This document shows positions 27,432 to 39,330 of a DNA stretch of 64,000 bases, one piece after another. Under the pieces are notes generated by a model, which did no database searches, was not told where the DNA came from, and worked only from the letters and a program-made list of their open reading frames with translations. The stretch spans positions 42,098,001 to 42,162,000 of the forward strand of contig NC_043005.1 of NCBI RefSeq assembly GCF_006345805.1, in the 5' to 3' direction. This DNA is from Octopus sinensis (lineage: Eukaryota). Both the position numbers and the translations under genes were made by a program. Each line of letters opens with the position of its first letter. Position 1 is the stretch's first letter.

Positions 27432-27748
27432 CAGTGGTTCTCAACCGGGGTTCATACGGCTCCTAGGAGTCCATATAAGATTTGAGAGTGGGCACGCAAC
27501 AAGATAGTAAATTGGAAATCCACAACAGTGTTTTAAGGGCCCCTAAAAAGAATTTTGCTTTAGATATAGATATTGGTATGTACTGCAAGAAACAGGTAGG
27601 TTTTTTTCTTTCCTCTAATATTTTACATTGTTCAACCGACACAAGTTAACGTGTGAATAACTAAGTAGAAATTTCGAAAGAAGTTTCTATAAAACTAGTC
27701 TTTAAACATCGAAGGGCTCTATAGCTAAACGTTGGTTGAGAACTCCTG
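27432..27748. mobile_element. hAT (Charlie/Buster-type) MITE, 317 bp
   Basis: 15-bp TIRs CAGTGGTTCTCAACC / CAGGAGTTCTCAACC. 8-bp TSD ATTTAACT / ATTTAAGC with central TA. Confidence 0.85.
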
Positions 27749-28841
27749 ATTTAAGCAATTGTTTTTCTCTTATTAATTACAATCAATGTCTTTCGGCTCC
27801 ACATCCCTCCACGTGATCACCTCATGTTCATATCCTTCATCACTTTGATCTGGCTGAAGCTTTTCAATACAATACATCTAAGCGTGTATTTATTAGGCAA
27901 TAGGATTTTATTTTGGAAGGATTGAGAGCAGAAAAATATTTTGGGAAATGTAAAATTAGAAAATAAACTAAATGATGAATGCATTTAACATGGAGGAAAT
28001 AGTTGACTTGTAGCGTAGAAGGAGAGATGCGGAGAGAAAAAGAGAGATAGAGAGGAAGAGAGAGACGAGGATGAGTAGAAAAGCAGTAAATGATTTACAA
28101 GAAAATTTCAATATTTTTTTCTGCAAAACGACCAATACAACAGCAGGTGCAACGATAGTTGCCAGCATTTCTTGATTCTGCTATTTATTATACATACAAG
28201 CATGTATGTATGCACGCACACACACAGACACACACACACATACATACGTATGTGATTTTATTTTAAATTTATTTGTATCGTAAGACAATGGATCTAACCT
28301 GAAAAGTCTATTCAATCTGTATCGGTAGAGCACCGTTTATTGATGTCGTAGATGCACACGCACGGAAATGTCGATCTGGGTAGTTTGCGGAGATGGTGAT
28401 GTGATGTTGAAATGTTTTACCCAGGTCTACTTCACTGGTTTACATGGAAGTCGGCCGAGCAGAAACTTTCTCCTTTCGACGCCACTGAGGTTGTCCAGAA
28501 CGTGACATCAATTTTCGGCGCAGTGTTTTCCAGGATGAAGTTGGCGACAACATCAGACTTCCCCAAGAGCTCCGAATCCGAGTTTTCCGTAGGGCTCGAC
28601 CTGAAATGTTGTCCAATAACATTATGATATATATGTTCAATGGTAGAACTTGGGAACGAAATATTTCTCTCTCTTGGATAGACTTTAATCTTAGGCTGAC
28701 AAGTTTCATTGACCTTATCGCGCCTTTGCTTCTTCTCTTGGCAGAATATACAATCGTCCCAGTCTTAGAATATCTATGTCTCAGAAGAATACCAGGTATT
28801 TAACTTGGCTACATTTACATGAGTTTCAGAAACGTTTATCA

Positions 28842-28842
<1 letters not shown>

Positions 28843-28917
<75 letters not shown>

Positions 28918-28927
28918 CATCGCTCTC

Positions 28928-28995
<68 letters not shown>
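28843..28995. repeat. (CT)n/(CTGT)n microsatellite
   Basis: Directly visible. Confidence 0.95.
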
Positions 28996-29002
<7 letters not shown>

Positions 29003-29698
29003 TGCACACTCGCACGCACGCACACACAGTCACACGCACACAGCAATAAATTAAAATATTAAATTACAAATCGAACGCTTGATTAAAGTATACGACAAAC
29101 GAAAGGCTTTAAGCAATTATTGACAAATGCAAGATTTGATTAAACAACAGCTCACTGTCAGACGTTGTGATGCACATCAATTTATGGATACTGGCCATTA
29201 TGTAAACAAAATAACCGGAAGATTAATATTTACAAATGCAAATAGGAATTATAGAATAAAAAAAACTTGATGTTTTGTACCAAGTGAAGGAATTGTGAAG
29301 AAGTATGCATTAGCCAAACAATTATCTGGACTTACGCGAGTACACCAGCATGAGAATAGGGACCTTAATGCCAGGCGAATCCATTTAACTAAATACCTGC
29401 AATTGTATACAAGCGCAGGTGTAGCTTTGTGGTTCTGTGTGTGTCTTTGTGTTTGTGTTTGTCCCACACCAACACTTGGCGACCAGAATTTGTTTGTTTA
29501 CGTCTCCGTAACTTAGCGGTTCAGCAAAACAGACCGATGAGAAAATTACCAGGCTTTGAAAAAAAAACCCCCAAAAAAAACAAGGGACTGGGGTCGATTC
29601 GTTCCACAAAAAAATCTTCAAGGCGGTACCATAGAATAGTCGTAGTCTAATGACTGAAAGAAATAAAAAAAACAAAACAATTGAAAGACAATGAAACA

Positions 29699-30115
29699 AG
29701 GTGATCTGGCAGAAACGTTAGCACGCCGGACGAAATGCTTAGCAGTATTTTGTCTTCCGTTACGTTCTGATTTCAAATTCCGCTGAGGTCGACTTGCCTT
29801 TCATCCTTTCGGGGTCGATACATTAAGTAGCAGTTTTGCACTGGGTTCGATGTAATCGACTTAATCCATTTGTCTGTCCTTGTTAGTCACCTCTGTGTTT
29901 AGCCCCTTGTGGGTAGTAAACAAATAGGTATTTCGTCTGCCGCTACGTTCTGAGTTCAAATTCCGCCGAGATCGACTTTGCCTTTTATCCTTTCGGGCTC
30001 GATAAATTAAGTACCAGTTACGGACTGGGGGTCGATGTAATCCATTTAATCTCTTTGTCTGTCCTTGTTTGTCCCCTCTATGTTTAACCTCTTGTGGGCA
30101 ATAACGAAATAAGAA
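29699..30115 (+). mobile_element. Type M SINE dimer (head-body-tail-body-tail)
   Basis: Two TTCAAATTCCGC...CCTTT(T/C)ATCCTTTCGGG bodies joined at AAATA|GGTATTTCGTCTGCC (~29921-29940). Confidence 0.9.
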
Positions 30116-30329
30116 TTTCCATTATATAAATTTTATGACTCAAATAAAAAATAAAAGAACAAAAGACAATAATTTGACTGAGATTTGAATGAACAATAAT
30201 AGTATTGGAATTTAATTTGATTTTAAAGTAACGTTCCCTCAAAAACTGTTGTAGTTCTTTAAGCATTCTCTCGCGTTAACTATCCTTCAATGTTATTAAG
30301 CCGTACTTACTTTCATTGTGAAAATATTC

Positions 30330-30830
30330 ACACAGATAGGGTTACCGTTGCTATGTAGGGTCGTGGCCGAACGGCATAGGTGACCGCCTGGAAGGGCTGT
30401 TGTCGTCGCTCCTTTCTGATAACGGTTAGCTCCCCTATTGCCGGTGCAAGGTCGACTCTACACGGCTGGCGCGTCCTCGAATCTCTGCCGCCGCCGCCAC
30501 ACCGCCCGCCTTTCAGACGCGTTCCCTCGACGCCCGCGTCTGCCCGCCTCTTCACGCCCGCCTTTCAACGCTCGTAGGTTCGTCCTCTCGCAATCGAACC
30601 CCTTTTCGTTACCACATTTTGTCTCGCCTCCGACCCCCGGCCTCGTCTTCGCAGCCGAGGTAAACGTTAAAGCACGAGAGTAATTGTGAGAATAGAAAAT
30701 CCGGCTTCGGTGTAAGTTGATGAACTAATACCTTGGTATAATGTCGTTGCACTTGTTTCCCTGTGCATGAGCGCATGTGTGGTGCTTGTGCGTTTAGGGC
30801 GGTGGGCTTGTGTGTAGGGGTGCGTGCGTG
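30330..30830. promoter_or_regulatory. Unique CpG-rich island; candidate bidirectional promoter with two first exons
   Basis: GC/CpG content far above background. CGCCCGCCTTTCA at 30503-30515 and 30555-30567, with related GCCCGC boxes. Outward-facing donors: minus strand ACAATGAAA|GTAAGT (30311/30310) and plus strand GAG|GTAAAC (30659/30660). Confidence 0.5.
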
Positions 30831-30842
30831 TGTGTGTGTGCG

Positions 30843-30960
30843 AGGGATACAGGCATCCAGCAAGAGGACCTCCGTAATGCCATGATGGACCGTGAAGTCT
30901 GGCGTAGCATGGTAAATTCCATTGTCTCGACCACGGTCGAACAATGATGATGATGATGAT
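30843..30960 (+). mobile_element. 5'-truncated RTE-clade LINE 3' end with (GAT)n tail
   Basis: DTGIQQEDLRNAMMDREVWRSMVNSIVSTTVEQ* matches the RTE C-terminal D.G....L...M.DR..WR..V motif and is followed directly by (TGA)n. Confidence 0.8.
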
Positions 30961-31127
30961 GTGAGTATCTATGTATATGTATACATATATTTATATGTAT
31001 TTATATATATATATTTGCGTGTGTATTTGTGTGTATATATATTTATATATATATATATATATTATCATTATTATTACTACTACTACTACTATTACTATTA
31101 CTACTACTACTACTACTACCGCTACTG

Positions 31128-31158
<31 letters not shown>

Positions 31159-31865
31159 ACATACATGCACAAGTGCACGCGCGCACTCACTTACACACAC
31201 ATATACATACATATATTTATATACATTAATACAATTCTCTTTGCTCTTTCTCTCTCTTTCTTATTTCCCTTCTCATTCTCTTTCTGTTTTCCCTTTCTCT
31301 TTCTCCCCCCTCCACTCTCCCCTCTCTCTCTCTCTCCCTGAATGACACTTGGTGTATATATTGTTTATAAATGAGATCTGCAAATATAAGAATTACTAAG
31401 ACTTACGTATTTGATATCCAGCTTGAACTCGTAAAATTTATTATTACCTTTTTTAGTTTTTTTTTTTTTTTACATTTTTAAATCTTGATATTTCTAGTTT
31501 TCTTCACAAGAAACATGTCATTTTAACTACAAAAGAATTCACCAGTTCTTCATAATTCTTAACTTCTAAGCTTGTTGCCAACTCATAATATATTTGTTTT
31601 TATTTGGTGCTATTCGCATCTTCTTTGTATGTTATCTCTGTATTGTGACTAAATGGTAAAATCACGCAGTAATCTTATGTTAATCTTCTTAATATGAGCT
31701 TTTCGATATTCTGGCGAACATTTAAAAACAATTTCCGTATTTAAAATGACATAGCCCGTCTTTATTGAATATTTACTTGACTTTAATCCTAAACAACTAT
31801 TCATAAAAATAAAGTTTATGTGTAAATTTCAATAAATTGATAAGTATGCTACGTATGAATCATGC

Positions 31866-31927
<62 letters not shown>

Positions 31928-32065
31928 GTAAAGGAGTGAGAGAGTGAGAAAGACTGTTATAGATATATACGTACGAATATATATATTTATCTCTGCGTGT
32001 GTCTGTGCGTATCTAATGTCTACAAATACTGTCAAAGAGAGAGAAAGTGAGAGAGAGAGAGAGAA

Positions 32066-32097
<32 letters not shown>

Positions 32098-33479
32098 GAA
32101 AAAAAAAGTAAATATGCTACTATAGAAGTCGAATGATATGTATTTCGCTTGCTTTGCGAATTGGTGACTGATTATACGAAGTGGCCTCTGAAAGAGTTTG
32201 TTTGGCGGTTTACTAAATTTATGTTTGTTTACGGGATCAAGCTGGAAATCTAATGCATCGTGTGCCCCTTGGCGGTAAGCCATTGTAAAGGAGGCAATCC
32301 TTTCTGGATTAAATAGAAGTAAATTTGAAAGTCTGAAATTCAGGTCAAGGAATAAAATTGTACTGCGCTGCGTATACACATGAAATAATTTTATTTTAAT
32401 CATATTATGAAGTTATTAAAGTCTCTAGTCGTTGGCAGCTATGTATAGACTTGTTTCACCACGGTGTATCCCAATGTAGGTAAATTATGCTAAATTCATC
32501 ATTTCTCGAAGTTAGACGTTTCTTTTCATGAGAAAATAGTTAATAGTTTAAAAAGCATCATAGATCGTTCTTCAGTAATAGAGAAAAGAGAGAGAGGGGG
32601 AAGGAAGAGAGAGGCAGAGGGGGAGAAAGGGAGAGGACAATTTGTTACATGCAGGTAACAATCTAGTTTTTTTCTCCAGTCACATGAGAGTTATATGCAC
32701 TTTTACCTGGTAGTTTCTCACAAACATAGGTTACCATAATAAGAGTCTAGCTTCGTCCAGGATCACACATTACTCCAAATCTATAATTCGAGCCATCTCA
32801 CAATATGAATTGTAATAAACTATGATGTAGAAAACGCATAAGCTATAACGTAGAAATTGCAGGCACACACACACACACATGCACACATACACACACACAC
32901 ACGCACGCACCTACACACACACAATTATGTACTCTCATGTCGTAAACAGTAGCAAGAAATGAAGATCCTATTTTGTTCGCGCTTGGCTGAACAGCCTTCG
33001 CACATGATTTGTTTCTAGTGATCAAATGTTTGTGTTTTAAATTAGTCCACTCTCGCCATCAAACTGACTTTTCTTGTACTGGAGCGCTGTAGGCCCACCT
33101 GTCTGATATGAAAGTTGTCGCAGATTCTATTGAGAATGTTAGGCTTGGTTTAACTTACTGGTATATACCCAGAATAATACGGTGTCGTTTCCAGGACACA
33201 GTTCCAAGCACATAACAGAGTTTTAGTGACAATTATTTTCCTTCTTCTTCATAGAATTTTGTGGTTCGGGAGCACCAACGATTGTACCTGAAGATCTACT
33301 TATCACTGAATATATTTGCAAAGTTAAAATCGTCTGGATCAAAATAAATTCTGTGTTATTAAATTTCCAATATTTGAGAAATTTTTCTTGTCTTCTTAAA
33401 GTATTTTCACGAGCAATAATTTAACACCCTCACAAAGGATATTGTCAAGAACTGGTGAGTTTCCTTTATTTAGTTTTTC

Positions 33480-34700
33480 AGCATGACAACTCTAAGCTTA
33501 TAATTTCCCCATAAATGCTTCAGGGTTTCTTGTGACTTGAATAAAAGTCCACGTGGTTTTCCTGAAACGTATATTCGGATCCTTGGAATAATGCGAAATG
33601 TAAGCCAAGTAACCTGGATTAACAATAAAATGTTCATCTTCAAAATTGCTGACGTCTCAAAGAAGTCAAGTATTTCATTCCAAAATTTTAATGCACGTGG
33701 AGCAATACGGTAACGACTGAGACTACACACCACAGTTCGATACATTAACACACAATTCTCTACGCAAATCTCTTTCCAGAATTTTTGAAATAACTACTGA
33801 AGTTTTAACAATTTTTCCTATAACGTCTTAAAAGTTTTGGCCAGTGTTTTCGTTGACAAACCATTGAAATGTAAGAAACAGTATTTTGGCAACATATAAG
33901 GAATTTCCTCCTGGACCAGTACAACAAAACTAGATTTGTTGCCAATTATGTCTGGAGCTCTATGCATACAAATACACCCAAATGGAATCCCTTGACAACT
34001 TACGTCGATTAAAGATCAGTTGCATCAACTTGGCCATGTCCTCTTCTTTCATATGGGTTGATCGCAGAATAAAAATTTCTTTGTATCTGGTATTTTCACG
34101 AACATAGATATATATAGATATAATGCAAGTTATTGACTGTTATTTCATACTTTAATACTTTGTTTCTTTGTGGTAAATGCTGATTTTTGCGCCATCTTTA
34201 AACTCGGTGTTAATTTGAGTTGCTTCCAAACAGTTAAATTCAATGCTTTAGTTCTAGTGTACAAAACTTGATTGGAACTTGTACATTTTGAAAGAGTTTA
34301 TTTTGTTTTTCAAACTGTCTCTGGAGTTTTGTGGTGTGGGATTGGCTTACAAAGGAGTTATTTGTAGAATTCAGAAAAATTTAAATGTATCAGTTCTTAT
34401 TTCTGTGATGCATTTAATAAACACTCCTTTTCCAAGTTGATCATGAAGCCCGTAAATAGCACGTTAAGGGGATACAAATCCGATTCAGAGTTTTATGAAA
34501 TAACAAGGTTTTACAAAAACGAACATCATCGGAATTTGTTAATTTCTTCCATCAGCTGACTTCACTGATTCATGTTTCTTTTGAAAGTAAATATAATTAT
34601 AATTTTCTCAAAATTTCGTTGGAACTGTTGAGGTACAAAATTTCATCGGAAGCATTCTTGATATAACTTTTTTATGCATAAGATATACAGATGCATTCTT
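33480..34700 (-). pseudogene. Decayed hAT transposase of the Buster/Charlie (ZBED8/SCAND3-like) type
   Basis: FGCICMHRAPDIIGNKSSFVVLVQEEIPYMLPKYCFLH resembles GICTDGAPAM.G..SGF..LV..E.P.....HC.LH. LMYRTVVCSLSRYRIAPRALKFWNEILDFF resembles LLYHTEVRWLSRG.VL.R......EI..FL. No TIRs found; boundaries approximate. Confidence 0.75.
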
Positions 34701-34827
34701 CATTCTTAATACTATAAGACTAACTCCATCCTCCTCATTTTATTTTCGAAGGCGCTTTCATTTTTTAGAACTATTTCCGATTTCAAAATATTTCGCTATT
34801 TATTGTATATTGTAATTCATATTTTGG

Positions 34828-35150
34828 TGAAAGCACGTGACTTAGTCGTTAGGGTATTCTGCTTTCGATCGCAAGGTCATGAGCTTAATTCTTGGTGGCG
34901 CGTTGTGTTCTTGAGCAAGACACTTTAGTTCTCGTTGCTCCACTCAGTTGGCAAAAATGAATTGTACCTGTATTTTAAAAGCCCGCCTTCTCACACTCTG
35001 TATCACGCTAAATCTCCCTGAGAACTACGTTAAGGGTAAACGTAGCTGTGGATGTTCAACCACTTGCACGTTAATTTCACGAGCAAGCTGTTCCATTGAT
35101 CGGATCAACTGGGACCCACATCGTCGTAGCCGTCAGAGAGCCAACAAATA
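34828..35150 (+). mobile_element. tRNA-derived CORE-type SINE (type C2)
   Basis: GTGTTCTTGAGCAAGACACTT core and GAGAACTACGTTAAGGG...GGATCAACTGG tail. Homologues at 45017-45320 and 63760-64000. Confidence 0.8.
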
Positions 35151-37316
35151 ATAATAATTCGCATTTCACGAGGATTTTCCTTAAAACAATTTAATTAGAC
35201 ATGAAATTCGTCTTTTTTTTCCTTTACTATCAATAGGTATTTTATGCTTGACGTAATTTAAGACTCCACCACTAATTTTTGTGTTACCCTCTGTATTTTC
35301 AGATAATGAATAGGATGCATAACACTGCTTATACTTTTTGATATCCGAAAAATAAATGTTAACACTCTCGTAACACTATTAATATATATTCAATATTTTG
35401 AAAATTTGAAAACTAGTCAAATATTTGCAAATAAGGAATCATAAATTTCCTTAGAATAAAATCGAACAATAAAATGTTTTAATTGCTGAACAGGCAACAC
35501 GAATCTATCTGGCTGCGTTCTTAAAGAATTGACATTTGTTACTTGTTCAATTTAATTACAAGGACATAGTGATGACTCTAAAGGTAAGACGTATGTGAGA
35601 ATGTTGCCTTCCAGAAATTCTTCTGTCATGTTCAGACAGAACATATTGCAATTTTGACTCCGAGGACATGGTTTCTTCATCAAGGATGAAATACCCAGCA
35701 AATACACAGCTATGTTTATAAAGATTATAATTTTTGTACCGTCAATTAAACATTTATGAAGTATGAGGTACAAAGGAAATATTATTGAAACAATATGGAG
35801 AGTAAAGTTAATTCTAAGAAAATACATTCTCACACTTATGTATTGATTTAAAATTTTGGTCGAGAATATCGGAGGCGTGGGTAAGACAATTACATCGACT
35901 CCACTGCTGCTCCACTGATACTTATGTTATCGACCCTGAAATGATGAAAAGCAACCTCAACGGAATTTGAACTCAGAACGTAAGGATGGACTAAATGCCG
36001 CTTAGCATTTTGCCCGGCGTGGCAACACGTCATCTCGCTGCCTTCTCTCACACACACACATATATATATATTATTCGATAAAGGAGAATAGTCAGCAATC
36101 CAGGCACTAGCAGGAACATTTTATGTGCTTGATAAACATCTATCAATGTATGTTGCTTCATTCCTTTATAGTTTTAAGTACTTCAGCATATTTGATTGAC
36201 TTCAAGTACCACAACAAATTGAGCAAGACCGAGATATTATGTGTAAAATCTAGTTCCTTAGTAGTTCTCAGTGAAAGCTGGTATGATTCCCCTTAAGAAA
36301 AGAACCACGGTTGTTAAAATTTAATTCAAACTAACGATATTGAACTCAAAGTTGCTAACTGGAACGAGACAACGTTTTTATCTGAATCCAGGCACGTGAA
36401 GAAAAAATGGGGAAATGTCTAATTCTACACAGTAGCGATAATAGTATTTTTGTTTTCATTTTTCAAATACAGCATCGCAAAAAGTTTTAAGATGTTCAAA
36501 ATACAGCAAGAGTTATGTAATTAGCAAATTATCTTTGATTTTAATTTCTTTCGTCACAATACAGTTTTTCGGGAAAAAAGACAGCTTTTCAGCTTGAGTT
36601 ATATATTTTATGCATTTTAAAATTCAACTCAATTATTCTCAGATATAATTTTCTTTGATGTACTAGATTTTAGAATTTCCTTTATATTGCTTTACCTTGT
36701 CCTCCATCTCGAAGACTTTCATTTCCAAATGTCATAGGCATTACGCCTTCCTCCAGACGTCGCAGCTTAAAAAAAACCAAGTGCGATATAGTTTTTATTT
36801 TCATCTATTTATTAAAACATTATTTTTTATTAGTCAATTGCCTCTTATCTCTAAATCTTGACTCAGTGTTCAGGTTTAGTATTATACGCGCTTGTGTGTG
36901 TGTGTGTTTGTGTATGTTTGCATATATGTGTGCGTTTGTATGTGGTGTTTTGTCTATTAATGCATAAAAGATTTGCTTACTGCAGACTGCACTTATTTTG
37001 TGTCTTTCAACTCAACGACAATTATCTTGAAGAATGTCATCGCCGACTGCATTAAAGATAAATAAGGTGAATTCGACTCACTAGACTACTTGAAAAGTAA
37101 CTCAATTCCATCTGTGGAATCAAGTTTGGAGAACACAACCATAAGAGTATTCTTTCTTCTCTCTTCACGTTGCAAATATTATATAGAAAGACAGTTCTGT
37201 AACCACGTCCTAGCTGAAGTATCTATTCACTCATGTTTAGATATTTATGAGGAGGTGAATATTTTGTTTGTAAGTCTATACTGTATGAATGTATACAAAT
37301 ACGCACACATGTATAT

Positions 37317-37370
<54 letters not shown>

Positions 37371-37684
37371 GTAGAAGCAAAGAAGTTCCATAGCGGAATT
37401 AAGGACAATATATTCATAGAATGACAACATTGGCTTCACATCTTCGCACTAATGAAATGCAAAGTAGACCACGGCGGAATTTGAACTCAAAATGTAAAGA
37501 CGGACGAAAAACAGCTAAGCATTTGCCCGGCGTGCTAACGATTGTGCCAGCTCGCTCCAATATGGGCTGACATAATTAAATAGCAGTTTTATCTTTTATA
37601 TACTTCAGAATTCGTGTTCTGAGTTACATAGGGAATACAAGATTTATAAATCCCAATTTACTTTTTAAACAGTCACACATACAT

Positions 37685-37862
37685 GTATGTGTGTATGTAT
37701 GTATGTATGTATGTATGTATGTATGTATGTATGTATGTATTCAGAACATTTTCTGGTTTAAAAAGCCACATCCAATGCCATGATGGTGCTAAGGTGTAGG
37801 TATCGTAGGTGGTCAAACTCTGCATAAGGAGTAGAAAACCACCATATATGTATGTATGTATG

Positions 37863-37894
<32 letters not shown>

Positions 37895-38002
37895 TGTATT
37901 CAGAACATTTTCTGGTTTAAAAAGCCACATCCAATGCCATGATGGTGCTAAGGTGTAGGTATCGTAGGTGGTCAAACTCTGCATAAGGAGTAGAAAACCA
38001 CC

Positions 38003-38035
<33 letters not shown>

Positions 38036-38080
38036 TGTATGTATGTATGTATGTATGTATGTATGTATGTATGTATGTAT
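37685..38080. repeat. (TATG)n array containing an exact tandem duplication (period 159 bp)
   Basis: Identical ~104-bp cores start at 37741 and 37900, separated by (TATG)n. Confidence 0.95.
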
Positions 38081-38089
38081 GGTCAATGG

Positions 38090-39330
38090 GGGGTCCACAT
38101 AGTCATCGGATGCTGGTTGGTGAGCACCATACTGAACTTTGTGCAATATATAAAAAAAGCTGAAGTGTTTTATGGTTTTCTAAAGAAGATTCAGTCGTTG
38201 GCATTTGGTCCAATATGTTGAGGATTTGTTTTTGATGGGAGAAATCAGCTCAACAAGTTGTAGTAGCCGTGTGAATAATGTTTGGGCGCTTAAGGAGTGT
38301 AGTGCTGCTATGATATTTTCATGATATGAATAGCGTTTGTGTTTTGTAGCTGTTGAATGTAAGACGATTGCTTATCTCCAGTGGAGGGTACTTTATAGAA
38401 CCTAGGTAACGTGTGGATGATTCCTGGGTAGCGTAGATTAAGGAAAATTGAAGGATGATATCATCTGAATAGGTTTTGCTAATAGTGACAGAAAGTAGAT
38501 CATTGATGTATTGAATAAAGAAATCAAAACAGAAATCAGTGATACACCTAGATGGATCGACTGAAGAACAGGAAGAGCTCGTTGACACTAGCTGTGCTAG
38601 CGTAATCGCACGAGAAAGTACCAGTCCAAGAAATAGGAAACAGATGTGGCCCATAAGAAGTCAAATTTATAAGAGACTCGCTTGAGAAATGTGAAGAACA
38701 ACATCATTGCTTTATCCAAATATCTCCAAAGTGTGTGCCCATTGATGGGTGACATACGAAATGCATACCCGTGGACTTGATTTTACAAATACCGTAGTAG
38801 TGGTCATTAAGGTGAGAGAGGAGGCGAGAGATTCAATGCCTAGCATTAAGTCGTTTTTAAAGGCTGTCTCCATTAAATATAAAGTTACTGGAAGAATGTT
38901 CGGTAGAGTAATAATGTTTCCAATGATCAGATCAGATCCTTAGAGAGTGAGAGTGATTGTAGGGCATTCTAAGTATAGGTAACTATTTTAGAGTGGTTCA
39001 AGGAGTCAAGAAAACTGTAGTTGGGGTATGCATATTTGGAGGATTGAGCGAGAGTGACTTTGATCCAGAGAAGTTGAAAGTCGTATTTACAAATATTCAG
39101 GTAAAAGAGGTGAGCGACAGGGAGAGTAGAGTTTACATGAACGCTGAAAACTTTTCGAAGAGAAATTTGAATAAAGATTGCAGCTTTAAAGGCAGAGTTA
39201 GACGGGTGGTGAAAATTTGAGCTTAGGAGAGGATTATTGTGGAGACTTTGCTGGTAGCAGCCAGTGGCAACTGATCTCACATATGAACAAGGCATAAACA
39301 TAACCACATACAAATGGTAGACCACTTAAA
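38090..39330 (-). mobile_element. Decayed CR1/Jockey-group LINE (APE remnant plus RT) with (ATAC)n tail
   Basis: ESLINLTSYGPHLFPISWTGTFS; FFIQYINDLLS...TYSDDIIL; NRLTFNSYKTQ; LLWIKVTL..SSKY (APE-like). Confidence 0.65.

Noticed and set aside
29699-30115. SINE dimers as hammerhead retrozyme tandem repeats
   Set aside because: No CUGANGA core on either strand, and the two units carry different tails.
28440-30316. MK + VEPYGKLGFGALGEV-TGA read as an antizyme-type +1 frameshift or selenocysteine readthrough
   Set aside because: No antizyme similarity or UCC-UGA context, no SECIS seen, and the splice itself is unproven.
30330-30520. Telomerase RNA (TAACCCTA on minus) or RNase P RNA (GGAAGGGCTG...TTCAGAC) in the CpG island
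   Set aside because: The template-like 8-mer lies at the wrong (3') end with no evident pseudoknot or H/ACA box. The P4-like halves mismatch and are too close together. A cmscan would settle it.
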